Positions 1 to 11,957 of a stretch of DNA of 31,521 nucleotides are shown piece after piece. A program made the translations under genes and the position numbers. Every line of letters begins with the position of its first letter. Position 1 is the first letter of the stretch. The notes beneath the pieces are model-generated. The model ran no database searches and was not told where the DNA came from. It saw only the letters and a program-made list of their open reading frames with translations. Source of the DNA: Escherichia phage 204576. Location: sequence record CP025907.1. One strand, written 5' to 3'.

Positions 1-522
1 TGATGATCTGAAACTTCAGACCGCGCAGGATTCAGACAATGGATTTTCGGCGCTTGAACAGGCGCTGCTGCGGTTATATCGCCGCCGGTCTTGGCGTTTC
101 CTACGAACAGTTGTCCCGTGATTACTCGAAGGTCAGTTATTCAAGTGCGCCGCGCATCCGCCAATGAGTCGTGGCGCTATTTTATGGGGCGGCGAAAATT
201 TATTGCGTCCCGGCTGGCCACGCAGATGTTTTCCTGCTGGCTGGAAGAGGCACTTCTTCGGGGGATTATTCGTCCCCACGGGCACGTTTTGATTTTTATC
301 AGGCGCGATCAGCCTGGTCACGGCTGAGTGGATTGGAGCCGAAGAATGGCCATTGACGGGCTCAAGGAGGTTCAGGAATCAGTGATGCGCATTGAGGCCG
401 GACTGAGCACGTATGAGAAAGAGCTGGCGCTGATGGGCGAGGATTATCAGGACATTTTCCGCCAGCAGGTCAGGGAATCTGCAGAGCGGGAAAAGCCGGA
501 CTCTCACGTCCGGTGTGGATAG
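1..522 (+). CDS. Portal protein (gpB-like), 3' portion; reading frame switches at least once
   Basis: Position immediately upstream of the C/Nu3 protease-scaffold gene in lambda gene order; ORFs 91..327 and 328..522 in different frames. No direct sequence match recalled, assignment by synteny only. Confidence 0.4.
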
Positions 523-582
523 CGCAGGCGTATCAGCAGCAGATAGCGGAGAGTCGCAGGCCGGAAGAGGAGACAACACCAC

Positions 583-2082
583 GTGAGACGTAATCTTTCA
601 CACATTATTGCCGCAGCATTCAATGAACCGCTGCTTCTGGAGCCGCCTATGCGCGGGTTTTCTTTTGCGCGCTCGGCGCGAGATGGGGGCAGCAAGTCTT
701 TCGGTACCACAACAGCAGGTACAGCTTGATGCTCCGGAATGCTGGCTGAAACGGACGAGTACATGGCGGAGGTAAACGACCGGCCCGTGTTTACCGGGTG
801 GTGAACGGTATTGCGGTACTGCCGGTGAGCGGCACGCTGGTGCACGGCTGGGGGGGATGCGGCCATTTTCCGGAATGACTGGCTATGACGGCATTGTCGC
901 CTGTCTTCAGCAGGCAATGGCAGATAGCCAGGTGCGGGGCATACTGCTGGACATTGACAGTCCGGGCGGGCAGGCCGCCGGCGCGTTTGACTGCGCTGAC
1001 ATGATGATTACGCCCTCCGGCAGCAGAAGCCGGTCTGGGCACTGTGTAATGACACGGCCTGTTCTGCGGCCATGCTGCTGGCGTCGGCCTGCTCCCGACG
1101 GCTGGTTACCCAGACATCCCGTATCGGTTCCATTGGCGTGATGATGAGCCATGTCAGCTATGCCGGTCATCTGGCGCAGGCCGGTGTGGATATCACGCTG
1201 ATTTACTCAGGGGCGCACAAGGTGGATGGCAATCAGTTTGAAGCGTTCCGGCAGAGGTTCGCCAGGACATGCAGCAGCGGATTGATGCGGCGCGCCGGAT
1301 GTTTGCCGAAAAGTGGCGATGTTTACCGGTCTGTCTGTTGATGCAGTCACGGGAACAGAGGCCGCTGTTTTTGAAGGTCAGTCCGGCATTGAGGCCGGGC
1401 TGGCGGATGAATTAATCAATGCGTCGGATGCCATCAGTGTGATGGCCACGGCGCTGAACAGTAATGTCAGAGGAGGCACTATGCCGCAATTAACTGCAAC
1501 GGAAGCCGCGCGTGCAGGAGAACCAGCGAGTGATGGGGATCCTGACATGCCAGGAAGCGAAAGGACGTGAACAGCTTGCCACGATGCTGGCAGGGCAACA
1601 GGGCATGAGCGTTGAACAGGCCCGGGCGATTCTGGCCGCGGCGGCACCGCAGCAGCCGGTGGCATCCGCGCAGAGTGAAGCCGATCGCATTATGGCGTGT
1701 GAAGAAGCGAACGGTCGTGAACAACTGGCGGCAACGCTGGCGGCGATGCGGAGATGACGGTGGAAAAAGCCCGCCGATCCTGGCGGCTGCACCACTGGCG
1801 GATGCCGGGCCCTCGCTTCGTGATCAGATCATGGCCCTGGATGAGGCAAAAGGGGCAGAAGCGCAGGCTGAAAAACTGGCGGCCTGCCCGGGAATGACCG
1901 TGGAGAACGCCCGGGCTGTGCTGGCTGCGGGATCAGGTAAGGCCGAACCGGTCTCTGCATCCACAACCGCCCTGTTTGAACATTTCATGGCGAATCATTC
2001 ACCGGCAGCGGTGCGGGGTGGCGTGTCACAGACGTCAGCAGACGGTGATGCGGACGTGAAAATGCTCATGGCCATGCCATGA
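583..2082 (+). CDS. C: Head protease/scaffold (lambda C / Nu3-like, S49 peptidase family); frameshifted into about 5 ORF fragments
   Basis: Fragments read NEPLLLEP, GILLDIDSPGGQAAGAFDCADMM, LLASA.SRRLVTQT.RIGSIGVMM, ITLIYSG.HKVDGN and MGIL.CEEA.GRE, all matching lambda C/Nu3 from memory. GTG start about 583 after a GGAAGAGGAGA ribosome-binding site. Confidence 0.8.
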
Positions 2083-2118
2083 AGTCAGTGCTGACCATCA
2101 ATATGAGGTTTTAACAAA

Positions 2119-2503
2119 ATGGTGACGAAAACCATCACTGAACAGCGTGCGGAAGTACGTATTTTTGCCGGTAATGATCCGGCTCATACCGCCAGGCAGC
2201 AGCGGGATTTCTTCTGCAACACCGGCTCTGACGCCCCTGATGCTGGATGAAGCCACCGGGAAACTGGTGGTCTGGGATGGACAGAAAGCCGGTAGTGCGG
2301 TTGGCATACTGGTACTGCCGCTTGAAGGCACAGAGACGGTGCTGACCTATTACAAGTCGGGGACCTTTGCGACGGAGGCAATCCGCTGGCCTGACAGTGT
2401 GGATGAACACAAAAAGGCAAATGCCTTTGCCGACACAGCCCTGAGTCACGCGGCTCTGCGTAACACGTTATCAGGCCACCATGGTGACCTGACTGATTTC
2501 TGA
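2119..2503 (+). CDS. D: Head decoration protein D; one frameshift near 2195
   Basis: GNDPAHTA in the start frame and PALTPLMLDEATGKLVVWDG...GILVLP...LTYYKSGTF in ORF 2147..2503 match lambda gpD; the frame change lies at accgccagg. Confidence 0.85.
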
Positions 2504-2520
2504 ATGAAAGGAACTGATTT

Positions 2521-3546
2521 ATGGGATTGTTTACGACCCGCCAGTTACTCGGTTATACCGAACAAAAAGTGAAATTCCGTGCGCTGTTTCTGGAGCTGTT
2601 TTTCCGCCGTACGGTGAATTTCCACACCGAAGAGGTGATGCTGGACAAAATTACCGGAAAAACGCCGGTGGCGGCCTATGTCTCCCCGATCGTTGAAGGA
2701 AAAGTGCTTCGCCATCGCGGTGGTGAAACCCGCGTGTTACGTCCGGGCTACGTCAAGCCGAAACACGAATTTAATTACCAGCAGGCGGTTGAGCGCCTTC
2801 CTGGTGAAGATCCGGCTCAGCTGAACGACCCGGCCTACCGTCGTCTGCGTATCATTACCGATAACCTCAAACAGGAAGAGCACGCCATTGTCCAGGTGGA
2901 AGAAATGCAGGCGGTGAATGCCGTGCTGTATGGCAAATACACCATGGAAGGGGATCAGTTTGATACTGTCGAGGTGGATTTCGGGCGCTCTGAAGGAAAT
3001 AACATTGAGCAGGCTGACGGTAAAAATGGTCTGAGCAGGACCGTGATACGTTTGATCCGACGCATGATATTGACCTCTACTGCGATCAGGCCAGCGGCCT
3101 TGTGAATATCGCCATTATGGACGGTACGGTCTGGCGTCTGCTGAATGGCTTTAAGCTGTTCCGCGAAAAACTGGATACCCGTCGCGGCTCAAATTCACAA
3201 CTCGAAACGGCAGTGAAAGATCTGGGCGCAGTGGTGTCCTTCAAGGGGTATTACGGCGATCTGGCCATTGTGGTGGCGAAAACGTCTTATGTGGCAGAGG
3301 ACGGTACCGAAAAACGTTATCTGCCGGAGGGCATGCTGGTGTTGGGGAATACGGCGGCAGAGGGATTCGTTGCTATGGTGCCATTAAGGATGCACAGGCG
3401 TTGTCTGAAGGAGTGGTGGCTTCTTCCCGTTACCCGAACACTGGCTGACCGTGGGCGATCCGTCCTGTGAATTCACCATGACGCAGTCCGCTCCGCTGAT
3501 GGTGCTGCCGGATCCGGATGAGTTTGTGGTGGTACAGGTGAAATAA
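2521..3546 (+). CDS. E: Major capsid protein E; two compensating frameshifts (about 3035 and about 3380)
   Basis: N-terminal ORF 2521..3105 matches lambda gpE (YVSPIV.G.V.R.RGG, PGYVKPKHE, AIVQVEEMQAV.AVL.GKYTM); the middle frame reads KLDTRRGSNS.LETAVKDLG; the C-terminus MTQSAPLMVLPDPDEFVVVQVK ends at 3546. Total span equals 341 codons as in lambda. Confidence 0.9.
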
Positions 3547-3596
3547 TCCGTGAGCGGGGGCGAAATGCCCCGTGTCTTTTTTCACAGGAGGCTGAG

Positions 3597-3979
3597 ATGG
3601 CAACAAAAGAAGAAAATCTGAATCGTCTTCGTCAACTGGCTGACCTGCTGGGCGCGAGGCGGATATGTCGGGGAGTGCTGCGGATATTGCTCAACGTGTG
3701 TCTGAGTGGGAAGAGGAGCTTGCTGTTTCCCCGGAGGGCATTATGCACTCTGATGAGAGCGGGGCTGATCAAAATCACACAGACGATGGTGAGCAGTTGA
3801 ACAACACGGATGCTCCGGATGATGTTAAAGCCGTCCGGGTACGGAAGTGCCTGCAAGTAATGGGGTATTGCCCGGAGACAGGTCGTCCCGTTGAGCTGGC
3901 GTTACGGGGTATGCGTGTTCTGGTGCCATCATCACTGGCAACGGCCATGATACAGCACGGAACGGCTGAATATGCGTGA
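3597..3979 (+). CDS. DNA packaging/head completion protein FI-like; frameshift near 3660
   Basis: Two overlapping ORFs (3597..3800, 3665..3979) between E and FII; acidic protein; assignment mainly by synteny. Confidence 0.55.
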
Positions 3980-4310
3980 TTTTCAGAATGCCTTTGATGC
4001 TGCCCTCGCCGGGGTAGACAGTACGATCGTTGAAGTGATGGGGCTCTGTGCGCAGTTCACCTCGGGGGCACAGTGTGGCAGCGAAGTTCAGGGGGTTTTT
4101 GATGATCCGGAGTCGCTGGGGTTTGTCGGTGGCGGGGTCCGTATTGAAGGAAGCAGCCCGTCATTATTTGTGCGGACGGATACGGTTCGTGCCGTGCGGC
4201 GTGGTGACACGCTGACCATTAATGGTGAGATATTCTGGGTGGATCGTGTTTCTCCGGATGACGGGGGCAGCTGTTATCTCTGGCTCAACCGTGGTCAACC
4301 ACGCAGTTAA
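3972..4310 (+). CDS. FII: Head-tail joining protein FII
   Basis: Intact 112-aa ORF; GVFDDPE, EGSSPSLFVRTD.VR..RRGDTLTI and FWVDRVSPDDGGSC.LWL match lambda gpFII. ATG overlaps the FI stop (ATGCGTGA). Confidence 0.85.
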   Translation: MRDFQNAFDAALAGVDSTIVEVMGLCAQFTSGAQCGSEVQGVFDDPESLGFVGGGVRIEGSSPSLFVRTDTVRAVRRGDTLTINGEIFWVDRVSPDDGGSCYLWLNRGQPRS

Positions 4311-4338
4311 CCGGCGACGATAAACGCAGGGTGAAATT

Positions 4339-4848
4339 ATGGCGATAAAAGGGCTTGATCAGGCGATTGACAATCTGAGCCGGGTTCGTAAAAACGCCAT
4401 TCCGGCGGCTTCAGCAATGGCCATTAACCGCGTGGCCACAACGGCGATTAATCAGTCTTCATCACAGGTTGCCCGGGAGACAAAGATTCGCCGGAAACTG
4501 GTTAAGGAACGGTCCAGACTGAAACGGGCGACGGTCAGAAATCCGAATGCCAGAATTATCGTTAACCGCGGGTGATCTCCCTGTGATTAAGCTGGGGATC
4601 AGGATGCTGGGGCGTCGCCCGAACAGCATACTTAAAGCCGGTCAGCATCGGTATCAGCGGGCATTTATTCAGCGATTAAAAAATGGTCGCTGGCATGTCA
4701 TGCAGCGTGTGGCCGGGAAAACCGTTACCCATTGATGTGGTGAAATCCCGATGGCGGCCCCACTGAAACAGGCATTTGATGAGAATGTTGACCGTATCCG
4801 GCGTGAACGCCTGCCTAAAGAACTGGCATACGCGCTGAACAACAACTG
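4339..4848 (+). CDS. Z: Tail completion protein Z; about 2 frameshifts
   Basis: MAIKGL.QA..NLSR, AMAINRVA, SQVARETK.RRKLVKER.RLKRATV.NP, GDLPVIKLG and AFIQ.LKNGRWHVMQRVAGK match lambda gpZ across three frames. Confidence 0.85.
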
Positions 4849-4865
4849 AGGATTGCAATAAAACG

Positions 4866-5261
4866 ATGAAACACACTGACATTCGTGCCGCAGTGCTGGA
4901 TGCACTCGAGCAGCATGAACACGGGGCGACGCTGTTTGATGGTCGCCCCGTTGTTTTTGACGAAGAGGATTTTCCTGCGATCGCGGTTTATCTGACGGAT
5001 GCAGAGTATACCGGTGAAGAGCTGGATGCAGATACCTGGCGGGCCACGCTGCATATTGAGGTGTTTTTACCGGCACAGGTACCGGATTCAGAGCTTGATC
5101 AGTGGATGGAAAGCCGGATTTACCCGGCGATGACCGCGATCCCGGCACTGGCAGGACTGATTACCACGATGGTTACGCAGGGCTATGAGTATCGTCGTGA
5201 TGACGATATGGCGTTATGGAGTTCTGCAGATCTGACTTATTCCATTACATACGAGATGTGA
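4866..5261 (+). CDS. U: Tail terminator protein U
   Basis: Intact 131-aa ORF, near-identical to lambda gpU ([48 protein letters not shown]). Confidence 0.9.
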   Translation: MKHTDIRAAVLDALEQHEHGATLFDGRPVVFDEEDFPAIAVYLTDAEYTGEELDADTWRATLHIEVFLPAQVPDSELDQWMESRIYPAMTAIPALAGLITTMVTQGYEYRRDDDMALWSSADLTYSITYEM

Positions 5262-5268
5262 GGACGAT

Positions 5269-6019
5269 ATGGCAACACCAAATCCCCTTGAGCCGGTAAA
5301 AGGTGCCGGTACCACTCTGTGGGTTTACAACGGCAAGGGTGATGCTTATGCAAACCCGTTGTCAGACGATGACTGGCAGCGACTGGCTAAGGTGAAGGAT
5401 CTGACGCCGGGCGAGATGACGGCAGAATCCTACGATGATACTACCTGGATGATGAAGACGCGGACTGGACCGCGACCGGGCAGGGGCAGAAATCTGCAGG
5501 TGATACCAGTTTTACGCTGGCCTGGAAACCGGGAGAGGAAGGCCAGAAAGGGCTTATAGGCTGGTTTGAAAGCGGCGATGTCCGGGCCTATAAAATCCGT
5601 TTTCCGAATGGCACGGTGGATGTGTTTCGTGGCTGGGTCAGCAGTATCGGTAAGGCCGTGACGGCGAAAGAAGTGATCACCCGCACGGTGAAAGTCACTA
5701 ACGTGGGTAAACCTTCTGTAGCGGAAGAACGCAGCAAAATTACGCCGGTCAGTGCGATTAAGGTGACGCCGACATCCGGTACGGTGGCAAAAGGGAAAAC
5801 AACCACCCTGACGGTTTCTTTTGAGCCGGAAAGTGCAACCGACAAGACGTTCAGAGCGGTTTCCGCCGATCCGTCGAAAGCCACCATTAGTGTGAAAGAT
5901 ATGACAATTACGGTAAACGGCGTGCGACAGGTAAGGTGCAGATCCCTGTGGTGAGCGGAAATGGTCAGTTCGCCGCAGTGGCTGAAGTCACCGTTACTGA
6001 AGCGGGCGCTGCAGGGTAA
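5269..6019 (+). CDS. V: Major tail protein V; frameshifts near 5460 and 5930
   Basis: [46 protein letters not shown] and [36 protein letters not shown] match lambda gpV; C-terminus VVSGNG.FAAVAE.TVT. Confidence 0.9.
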
Positions 6020-6032
6020 ACGGAGGTAATAC

Positions 6033-6463
6033 ATGTTTCTGAAAACAGAACAATTTGAATATAACGGTGTGTCTGTCACGCTTTCCGAATTGTCTGCGCT
6101 GCAGCGTATCGAGCATCTTGCCCTCCTGAAACGGCGTGCAGAACAGGCAGAATCCTGCGGCAACCTGCAGGTAAGCGTGGAAGATCTCGTCAGAACGGCG
6201 CGTTTCTGGTGGCGATGTCCCTGTGGCATAACCATCCACAGAAAACGCAGTCACCGTCAATGAATGAGGCCGTGATGAAGATAGAGCAGGAAGTGCTCAC
6301 CACCTGGCCTGCCGATGCCATTGCCCGGGCGGAAGACGTGGTGTTGTGCCTGTCCGGGATGATCGAAGCTGTTCGTCCGGATACTGATATTACTGAAGTG
6401 GCGAAAAATAACACGCTGACTGATGATGATTTTTCTGCGGGAAAGTCTTCGACGGCGAGCTGA
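6033..6463 (+). CDS. G: Tail assembly chaperone G; one extra frameshift near 6200
   Basis: MFLKTE.FE.NGV.VTLSELSALQRIEHLAL.KR.AEQAES then SLWHNHPQKTQ.PSMNEAV..IEQEVLTTWP match lambda gpG. Confidence 0.85.
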
Positions 6464-6875
6464 ACTTTGCCCTCAGACTGGCGCGTGAGATGGGGAGACC
6501 CGACTGGCGCGCCATGCTTGCCGGGATGACATCCACCGAATATGCCGACTGGCACCGTTTTTACCGCACGCATTATTTTCAGGATACCCAGCTGGATATG
6601 CATTTTTCCGGGCTGACGTACGCTGTACTCAGCCTGTTTTTTGCGATCCGGATATGCATCCTCTGATTTCAGTCTGCTTGTCCCCGGCATGAGGAAGGCA
6701 GGTGGAGAGGCCGGATGAGGACAAAATGCTGATGCAGAAAGCGGCAGGACTTGCCGGAGGCGTCCGGTTCGGTGGGGACGGAGGGCGCGATATTTTATCG
6801 TCTGCGGATGTGGCGGATGTCATGGTGGATGATGCCGCATTAATGATGGCTTCAGCGGGGATCCGGGAGGTGTGA
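6439..6875 (+). CDS. T: T portion of tail assembly protein G-T, reached by programmed -1 frameshift at GGGAAAG; also contains further frame breaks
   Basis: Slippery heptamer GGGAAAG at 6439..6445 in the G frame; the -1 frame reads LRLAREMGRPDWRAMLAGM.STEYADWHRFY.THYF and ends MQKAAGLAGGVRFG, matching lambda gpT. Confidence 0.75.
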
Positions 6876-6878
6876 GAT

Positions 6879-9434
6879 ATGTCCCAGCCGGTTGGTGATC
6901 TTGTTATTGACCTGAGTCTGGATGCTGTCCGTTTCGATGAGCAGATGAGCCGGGTAAGCGTCATTTTCAGGTCTGGATACCGACGCCAGAAAAACCGCCA
7001 GTGCTGTTGAACAGGGCCTGAGCCGCAGGCGCTGGCTGCACAAAAAGCCGGGATTTCCGTCGGGCAGTATAAAGCGGCCATGCGAACCCTGCCGCACAGT
7101 TTACGGATATCGCCACGCAGCTTGCCGGTGGTCAGAATCCCTGGTTGATCCTGCTGCAACAGGGCGGTCAGGTGAAGGACTCCTTCGGCGGGATGATCCC
7201 ATGTTCAGGGGCTTGCCGGTGCGATCACCCTGCCGATGGTCGGGGTCACCTCGCTGGCGGTGGCGACAGGTGCGCTGGCGTACGCCTGGTACCAGGGCGA
7301 CGCACGCTTTCAGAATTTAATAAAACGCTGGTCCTTTCCGGCAATCAGGCCGGACTGACTGCCGATCGTATGCTGACGCTCTCAAGAGCCGGGCAGGCAG
7401 CAGGGCTGACGTTTAACCAGGCGAGAGAGTCACTGGCAGCCCTGGTGAATGCCGGTGTGCGTGGTGGTGAACAGTTTGATGCCATCAACCAGAGTGTCGC
7501 GCGTTTTGCGTCTGCATCCGGTGTGGAGGTGGATAAAGTCGCTGAAGCCTTCGGGAAGCTGACCACTGACCGACGTCGGGACTGATGGCGATGGCGCGCC
7601 AGTTCCGTAACGTGACGGCAGAGCAGATTGCGTATGTTGCACAGCTGCAGCGTTCCGAGACGAGGCCGGGGCATTGCAGGCGGCGAACGATATCGCCACG
7701 AAAGGCTTTGATGAGCAGACCCGTCGCCTGAAAGAAAACATGGGAAACTGGAGACCTGGGCGGATAAAACAGGGAAGGCATTCAAATCGATGTGGGATGC
7801 CATTCTGGATATCGGTCGTCCGGAATCCTCAGCGGATATGCTCGCCAGTGCGCAGAAGGCATTTGATGAGGCGGATAAAAAATGGCAGTGGTACCAGAGC
7901 CGGAGCCAGCGCCGGGGAAAGACCTCCTCTTTTCGTGCGAACCTTCAGGGGGCATGGGATGACGGGAAAATGCCCGTCTGGGTCTGGCAGCGGCCACGCT
8001 GCAGTCGGATATGGAAAAGCCGGTGAACTGGCGGCAAGGGACAGGGCTGAGCGTGAGTCGTCACAGCTGAAGTATACCGGAGAGGCGCAGAAGGCGTATG
8101 AGCGCCTGCAGACGCCGCTGATAAATATACCGGCCCGTCAGAAAGAGCTGAATAAGGCCCTGAAAGACGGAAAAATCCTGCAGGCGGATTACAACACGCT
8201 GATGGCGTCGGCAAAAAAGGATTATGAATCGACGCTGAAAAAGCCGTCAGGTGTGAAGGTGTCTGCCGGTGAGCGCCAGGAAGACCGGGCGCATGCAGCC
8301 CTGCTGGCGCTTGAAACCGAGCTCAGGACGCTGGAAAAACACAGCGGTGTGAATGAGAAAATCAGCCAGCAGCGCCGGGATTTATGGGAAGCGGAAAGTC
8401 AGTATGTGGTCCTGAAAGAGGCCGCCACGAAACGGCAGTTATCTGAGCAGGAAAAATCCCTGCTGGCTCATGAGAAAGAGACGCTGGAGTACAAACGCCA
8501 GCTGGCTGAGCTGGGAGACAAGATTGAACACCAGAAGCGGCTGAATGAGCTGGCACAGCAGGCGGCGCGGTTTGAACAGCAGCAAGCGCGAAGCAGGCGG
8601 CAATCAGCGCAAAGCCGCGGCCTCACCGACCGTCAGGCGCAGCGGGAGTCGAAGAGCAGCGCCTTCGTGAGGTGTACGGTGATAATCCGGCTGCGCTGGC
8701 GAAGGCCACATCGGCACTGAAGAACACCTGGTCTGCGGAGGAGCAGCTTCGTGGAAGCTGGATGGCGGGATGAAGTCCGGCTGGGGAGAGTGGGCGGAAA
8801 GTGCGACGGACAGTTTTTCGCAGGTTAAAAGTGTGGCCACGCAGACCTTTGACGGTATTGCACAGAATATGGCAGCGATGCTGACCGGCAGCGAACAGAA
8901 CTGGCGTGGTTTCACCCGTTCTGTGCTGTCCATGCTGACAGAGATTTTTTCTGAAGCAGGCGATGGTGGGGATAGTCGGGAGTATCGGCAGCGCCATTGC
9001 GGGGCTGTTGGTGGCGGCGCATCCGCGTCAGGCGGTACAGCCATTCAGGCTGCGGCGGCGAACTTCCATTTCGCGACCGGGGGATTTACGGGGACGGGGG
9101 GTAAATATGAACCTGCGGGGATTGTTCATCGCGGGGAGTTTGTCTTCACGAAGGAGGCGACCAGCCGGATTGGTGTCGGCAATCTGTACCGCCTGATGCG
9201 GGGCTATGCGGAAGGTGGTTATGTCGGCGGTGCCGGAAGTCCGGCGCAGATGCGGCGGGCGGAAGGCATTAATTTTAATCAGAACAATCACGTGGTGATT
9301 CAGAACGACGGCCCCAACGGGCGGGCAGGGCCGCAGCTGATGAAAGCGGTGTATGAGATGGCCCGCAAGGGGCACAGGATGAACTCCGGCTGCAGTTGCG
9401 TGATGGCGGTATGTTATCAGGGAGCGGTGGATGA
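6879..9434 (+). CDS. H: Tail tape measure protein H; at least 6 frameshifts
   Basis: Extensive matches to lambda gpH across ORFs 7145..7585, 7674..8720, 7790..8026 and 8770..9723 (LILLQQGGQVKDSFGGMIP, FNKTLVLSGNQAGLTADRML, SQLKYTGEAQKAYERLQTPL, GIVHRGEFVFTKEATSRIGVGNLYRLMRGYA). Span of 852 codons is close to lambda's 853 aa. Confidence 0.9.
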
Positions 9435-9756
9435 AACCTTTCGCTGGAAAGTGAAGCCGGATATGGAGGTGAACTCGCAGCCATCGGTGCGTGAAGTGCG
9501 TTTTGGTGACGGGTACTCACAGCGTATGGCGGCAGGGCTGAATGCTGACCTGAAAACATACAGGGTGACGCTTTCCGTGACCCGGGAGGAGGCCGGCATC
9601 TGGAAGCGTTCCTGGCAGAGCACGGTGGCTGGAAGGATTTTTGTGGAAGCCACCCTATGCATACCGGCAGATAAAGGTGACCTGTGCCGGGTGGTCTGCG
9701 CGGGTCGGGATGTTGCGCGTTGAGTTCAGCGCGGAGTTTAAGCAGGTGGTGAACTG
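9431..9756 (+). CDS. M: Minor tail protein M; frameshift near 9620
   Basis: FRWKVKP.M.V.S.PSVR.VRFGDGYSQR...GLNA.LKTY.VTLSV.REEA and C-terminal MLRVEFSAEF.QVVN match lambda gpM; ATGA overlap with the H stop. Confidence 0.85.
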
Positions 9757-10454
9757 ATGCAGGATATTCGCGAAGAAAGTCTGAACGAGTCGGTTAAGTC
9801 AGAGCAGTCACCGCGGGTGGTACTCTGGGAAATCGACCTGACGGTACAGGGTGGTGAGCGGTATTTTTTCTGTAATGAGCTGAATGAAAAAGGGGAGCCG
9901 GTCACCTGGCAGGGGCGTAAGTATGAGGCGTACCCGATTGATGGCAGCGGCTTTGAAATGAACGGGAAAGGCAGCAGTGCCAGACCGTCGCTGACGGTGT
10001 CCAATCTGTTCGGCCTTGTCACCGGGATGGCGGAAGACCTGCAGAGTCTGGTGGGGGCCACGGTGGTCCGCCGCCGGGTGTATGCCCGTTTTCTGGATGC
10101 GGTGAATTTTGTGGCGGGCAATCCGGAAGCGGACCGGAGCAGGAGCTGAGCGACCGCTGGGTGGTGGAGCAGATGTCGCAGCTGACAGCCATGACGGCCT
10201 CGTTTGTGCTGGCCACACCGACCGAGACGGACGGAGCGCAGTTTCCCGGTCGTATCATGCTGGCGAACACCTGTATGTGGACCTACCGCTCTGATGAGTG
10301 TGGTTACACGGGCGGGGCTGTGGCGGATGAGTTCGATAAACCCACCACGGATATCCGTAAGGACAGATGCAGCAAGTGCATGCGCGGGTGTGAACTGCGC
10401 AGGAATGTCGGCAATTTTGGCGGTTTCCTTTCCATTAATAAACTTTCGCAGTAA
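9757..10454 (+). CDS. L: Minor tail protein L; frameshift near 10140
   Basis: MQDIR.E.LNE, VVLWEIDLT, GGERYFFCNE.NEKGEPVTWQGR and FPGRIMLANTC.WTYR.DECGY...NVGNFGGFLSINKLSQ match lambda gpL. Confidence 0.9.
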
Positions 10455-10464
10455 ATCCCGGTTT

Positions 10465-11207
10465 ATGACACAGACTGAATCAGCGATTCTGGCGCATGCC
10501 CGGCGGTGTGCGCCTGCGGAGTCGTGCGGCTTCGTGATAAGCACGCCGGAGGGGGAGCGGTATATCCCTTGTGTGAATATTTCCGCAGAGCCGGAGGCGT
10601 ATTTCGTATCGCACCGGAAGACTGGCTGCGGGCAGAGATACAGGGGGAGATTGTGGCACTGGTCCACAGTCATCCCGGTGAGCTGCCCTGGCTGAGCGAG
10701 GCTGACCGGCGGCTGCAGATAAAAAGCGCACTGCCCTGGTGGCTGGTCTGCCGGGGGGAAATTCATAAATTCTGCTGTGTGCCACATCTGACAGGACGGC
10801 GCTTTGAGCACGGGGTGACGGACTGTTACACGCTGTTCCGGGATGCATACCATCTGGCGGGAATTGATATGCCGGATTTTCATCGCGAGGATGACTGGTG
10901 GCGCAACGGCCAGAACCTGTACCTGGACAATATGGCAGTCACCGGCTTTTACCGGGTGCCCCTGTCCTCTGCACAGCCGGGCGATATCCTGCTGTGCTGC
11001 TTCGGCGCATCGGTGGCTAATCATGCTGCCATTTACTGCGGCAACGGTGAACTGCTTCACCATATTCCTGAACAACTGAGTAAACGGGAGAGGTATTCCG
11101 AAAAATGGCAACGACGAACGCATTCTGTCTGGCGTCACCGCCACTGGCACACATCTGCCTTCACGGGGATTTACAACGATTTGGCCGCCGCCTCAGCCTG
11201 TATGTGA
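10465..11207 (+). CDS. K: Tail assembly protein K (NlpC/P60-like); frameshift near 10600
   Basis: MTQTESAILAHARRCAPAESCGFV.STPEGERY in the start frame, then GEIVALVHSHPG.LPWLSEADRRLQ and HGVTDCYTLFRDAYHLAGI.MPDFHREDDWWRNGQNLYLDN match lambda gpK. Confidence 0.9.
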
Positions 11208-11784
11208 ACACGGCAGCGGAAGCCATTCGCGCCCTGTCGATGCAGATGCCGGGCTTTCGCCTTCAGATGAACGAAGGCTGGTACCAGATACGTATTGCCG
11301 GTGAAGACACGGCACCGGAGGTGGTGTACGCCCGCCTTCACGAACAGCTGGGTGAGGGAACGGTCATCCACATTGTGCCGCGACTGGCCGGGGCCGGAAA
11401 GGGTGGACTGCAGATTGTGTTGGGGCGGCAGCCATCGTGGGCTCTTTCTTCACTGCCGGGGCATCAATGGCGTTATGGGGTTCAGCCCTGGCAGCCGGTG
11501 GTTTTTCTGCCACCACGATGCTGTTTTCACTTGGAGCCAGCATGATTCTGGGCGGTGTGGCCCAGATGCTGGCCCCGAAGGCAAAAACACCGGATTACCG
11601 CGCAACGGATAACGGCAGACAGAACACGTACTTTTCCTCGCTGGATAACATGATTGCCCAGGGGAACTCGATGCCGGTGCCTTACGGGGAAATGCTGGTT
11701 GGCTCCCGCCGTATATCCCAGGACATCAGCACCCGTGATGAAGGCGGGGGCGGAAAGGTCGTGGTTATCGGGCGACAGGGATAA
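11105..11784 (+). CDS. I: Tail assembly protein I; frameshift near 11430; 5' end overlaps K in another frame
   Basis: LASP..A.ICL.GDLQRFGRR, WYQ.RIAG.D and FSLGASM.LGGVAQMLAPKA.TP...TDNG.QNTYFSSLDNM.AQGN match lambda gpI. Confidence 0.85.
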
Positions 11785-11831
11785 AACATAAAAAAATCCC
11801 GCAGTGATCGCGGAGCTGCGGGGACAGACAA

Positions 11832-11957
11832 ATGAAGATCAATGTGAAGGAGTTGTTTTTGTTACTCGGGCAAAAAAACACTAACGCAGTGAAATTATAC
11901 GCGCCACAGTCAGTGTGTGAAAATGTGAAGATATTCAGAAATTTTATTCCGTCATGA
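11832..11957 (+). CDS. Possible small ORF (41 codons) in the I-J intergenic insert
   Basis: ATG at 11832 with a weak GGGGA ribosome-binding site; MKINVKELFLLLGQKNTNAVKLYAPQSVCENVKIFRNFIPS; lies between hairpins. No homology recalled. Confidence 0.2.
   Translation: MKINVKELFLLLGQKNTNAVKLYAPQSVCENVKIFRNFIPS

Noticed and set aside
5588-6235. 215-aa minus-strand ORF overlapping V and G
   Set aside because: Antisense to the lambda-like major tail gene; no independent support.
9738-11150. 470-aa minus-strand ORF spanning L, K and I
   Set aside because: Antisense to three genes with clear lambda protein homology on the plus strand; no ribosome-binding site and low-complexity composition; typical antisense open frame in GC-rich coding DNA.
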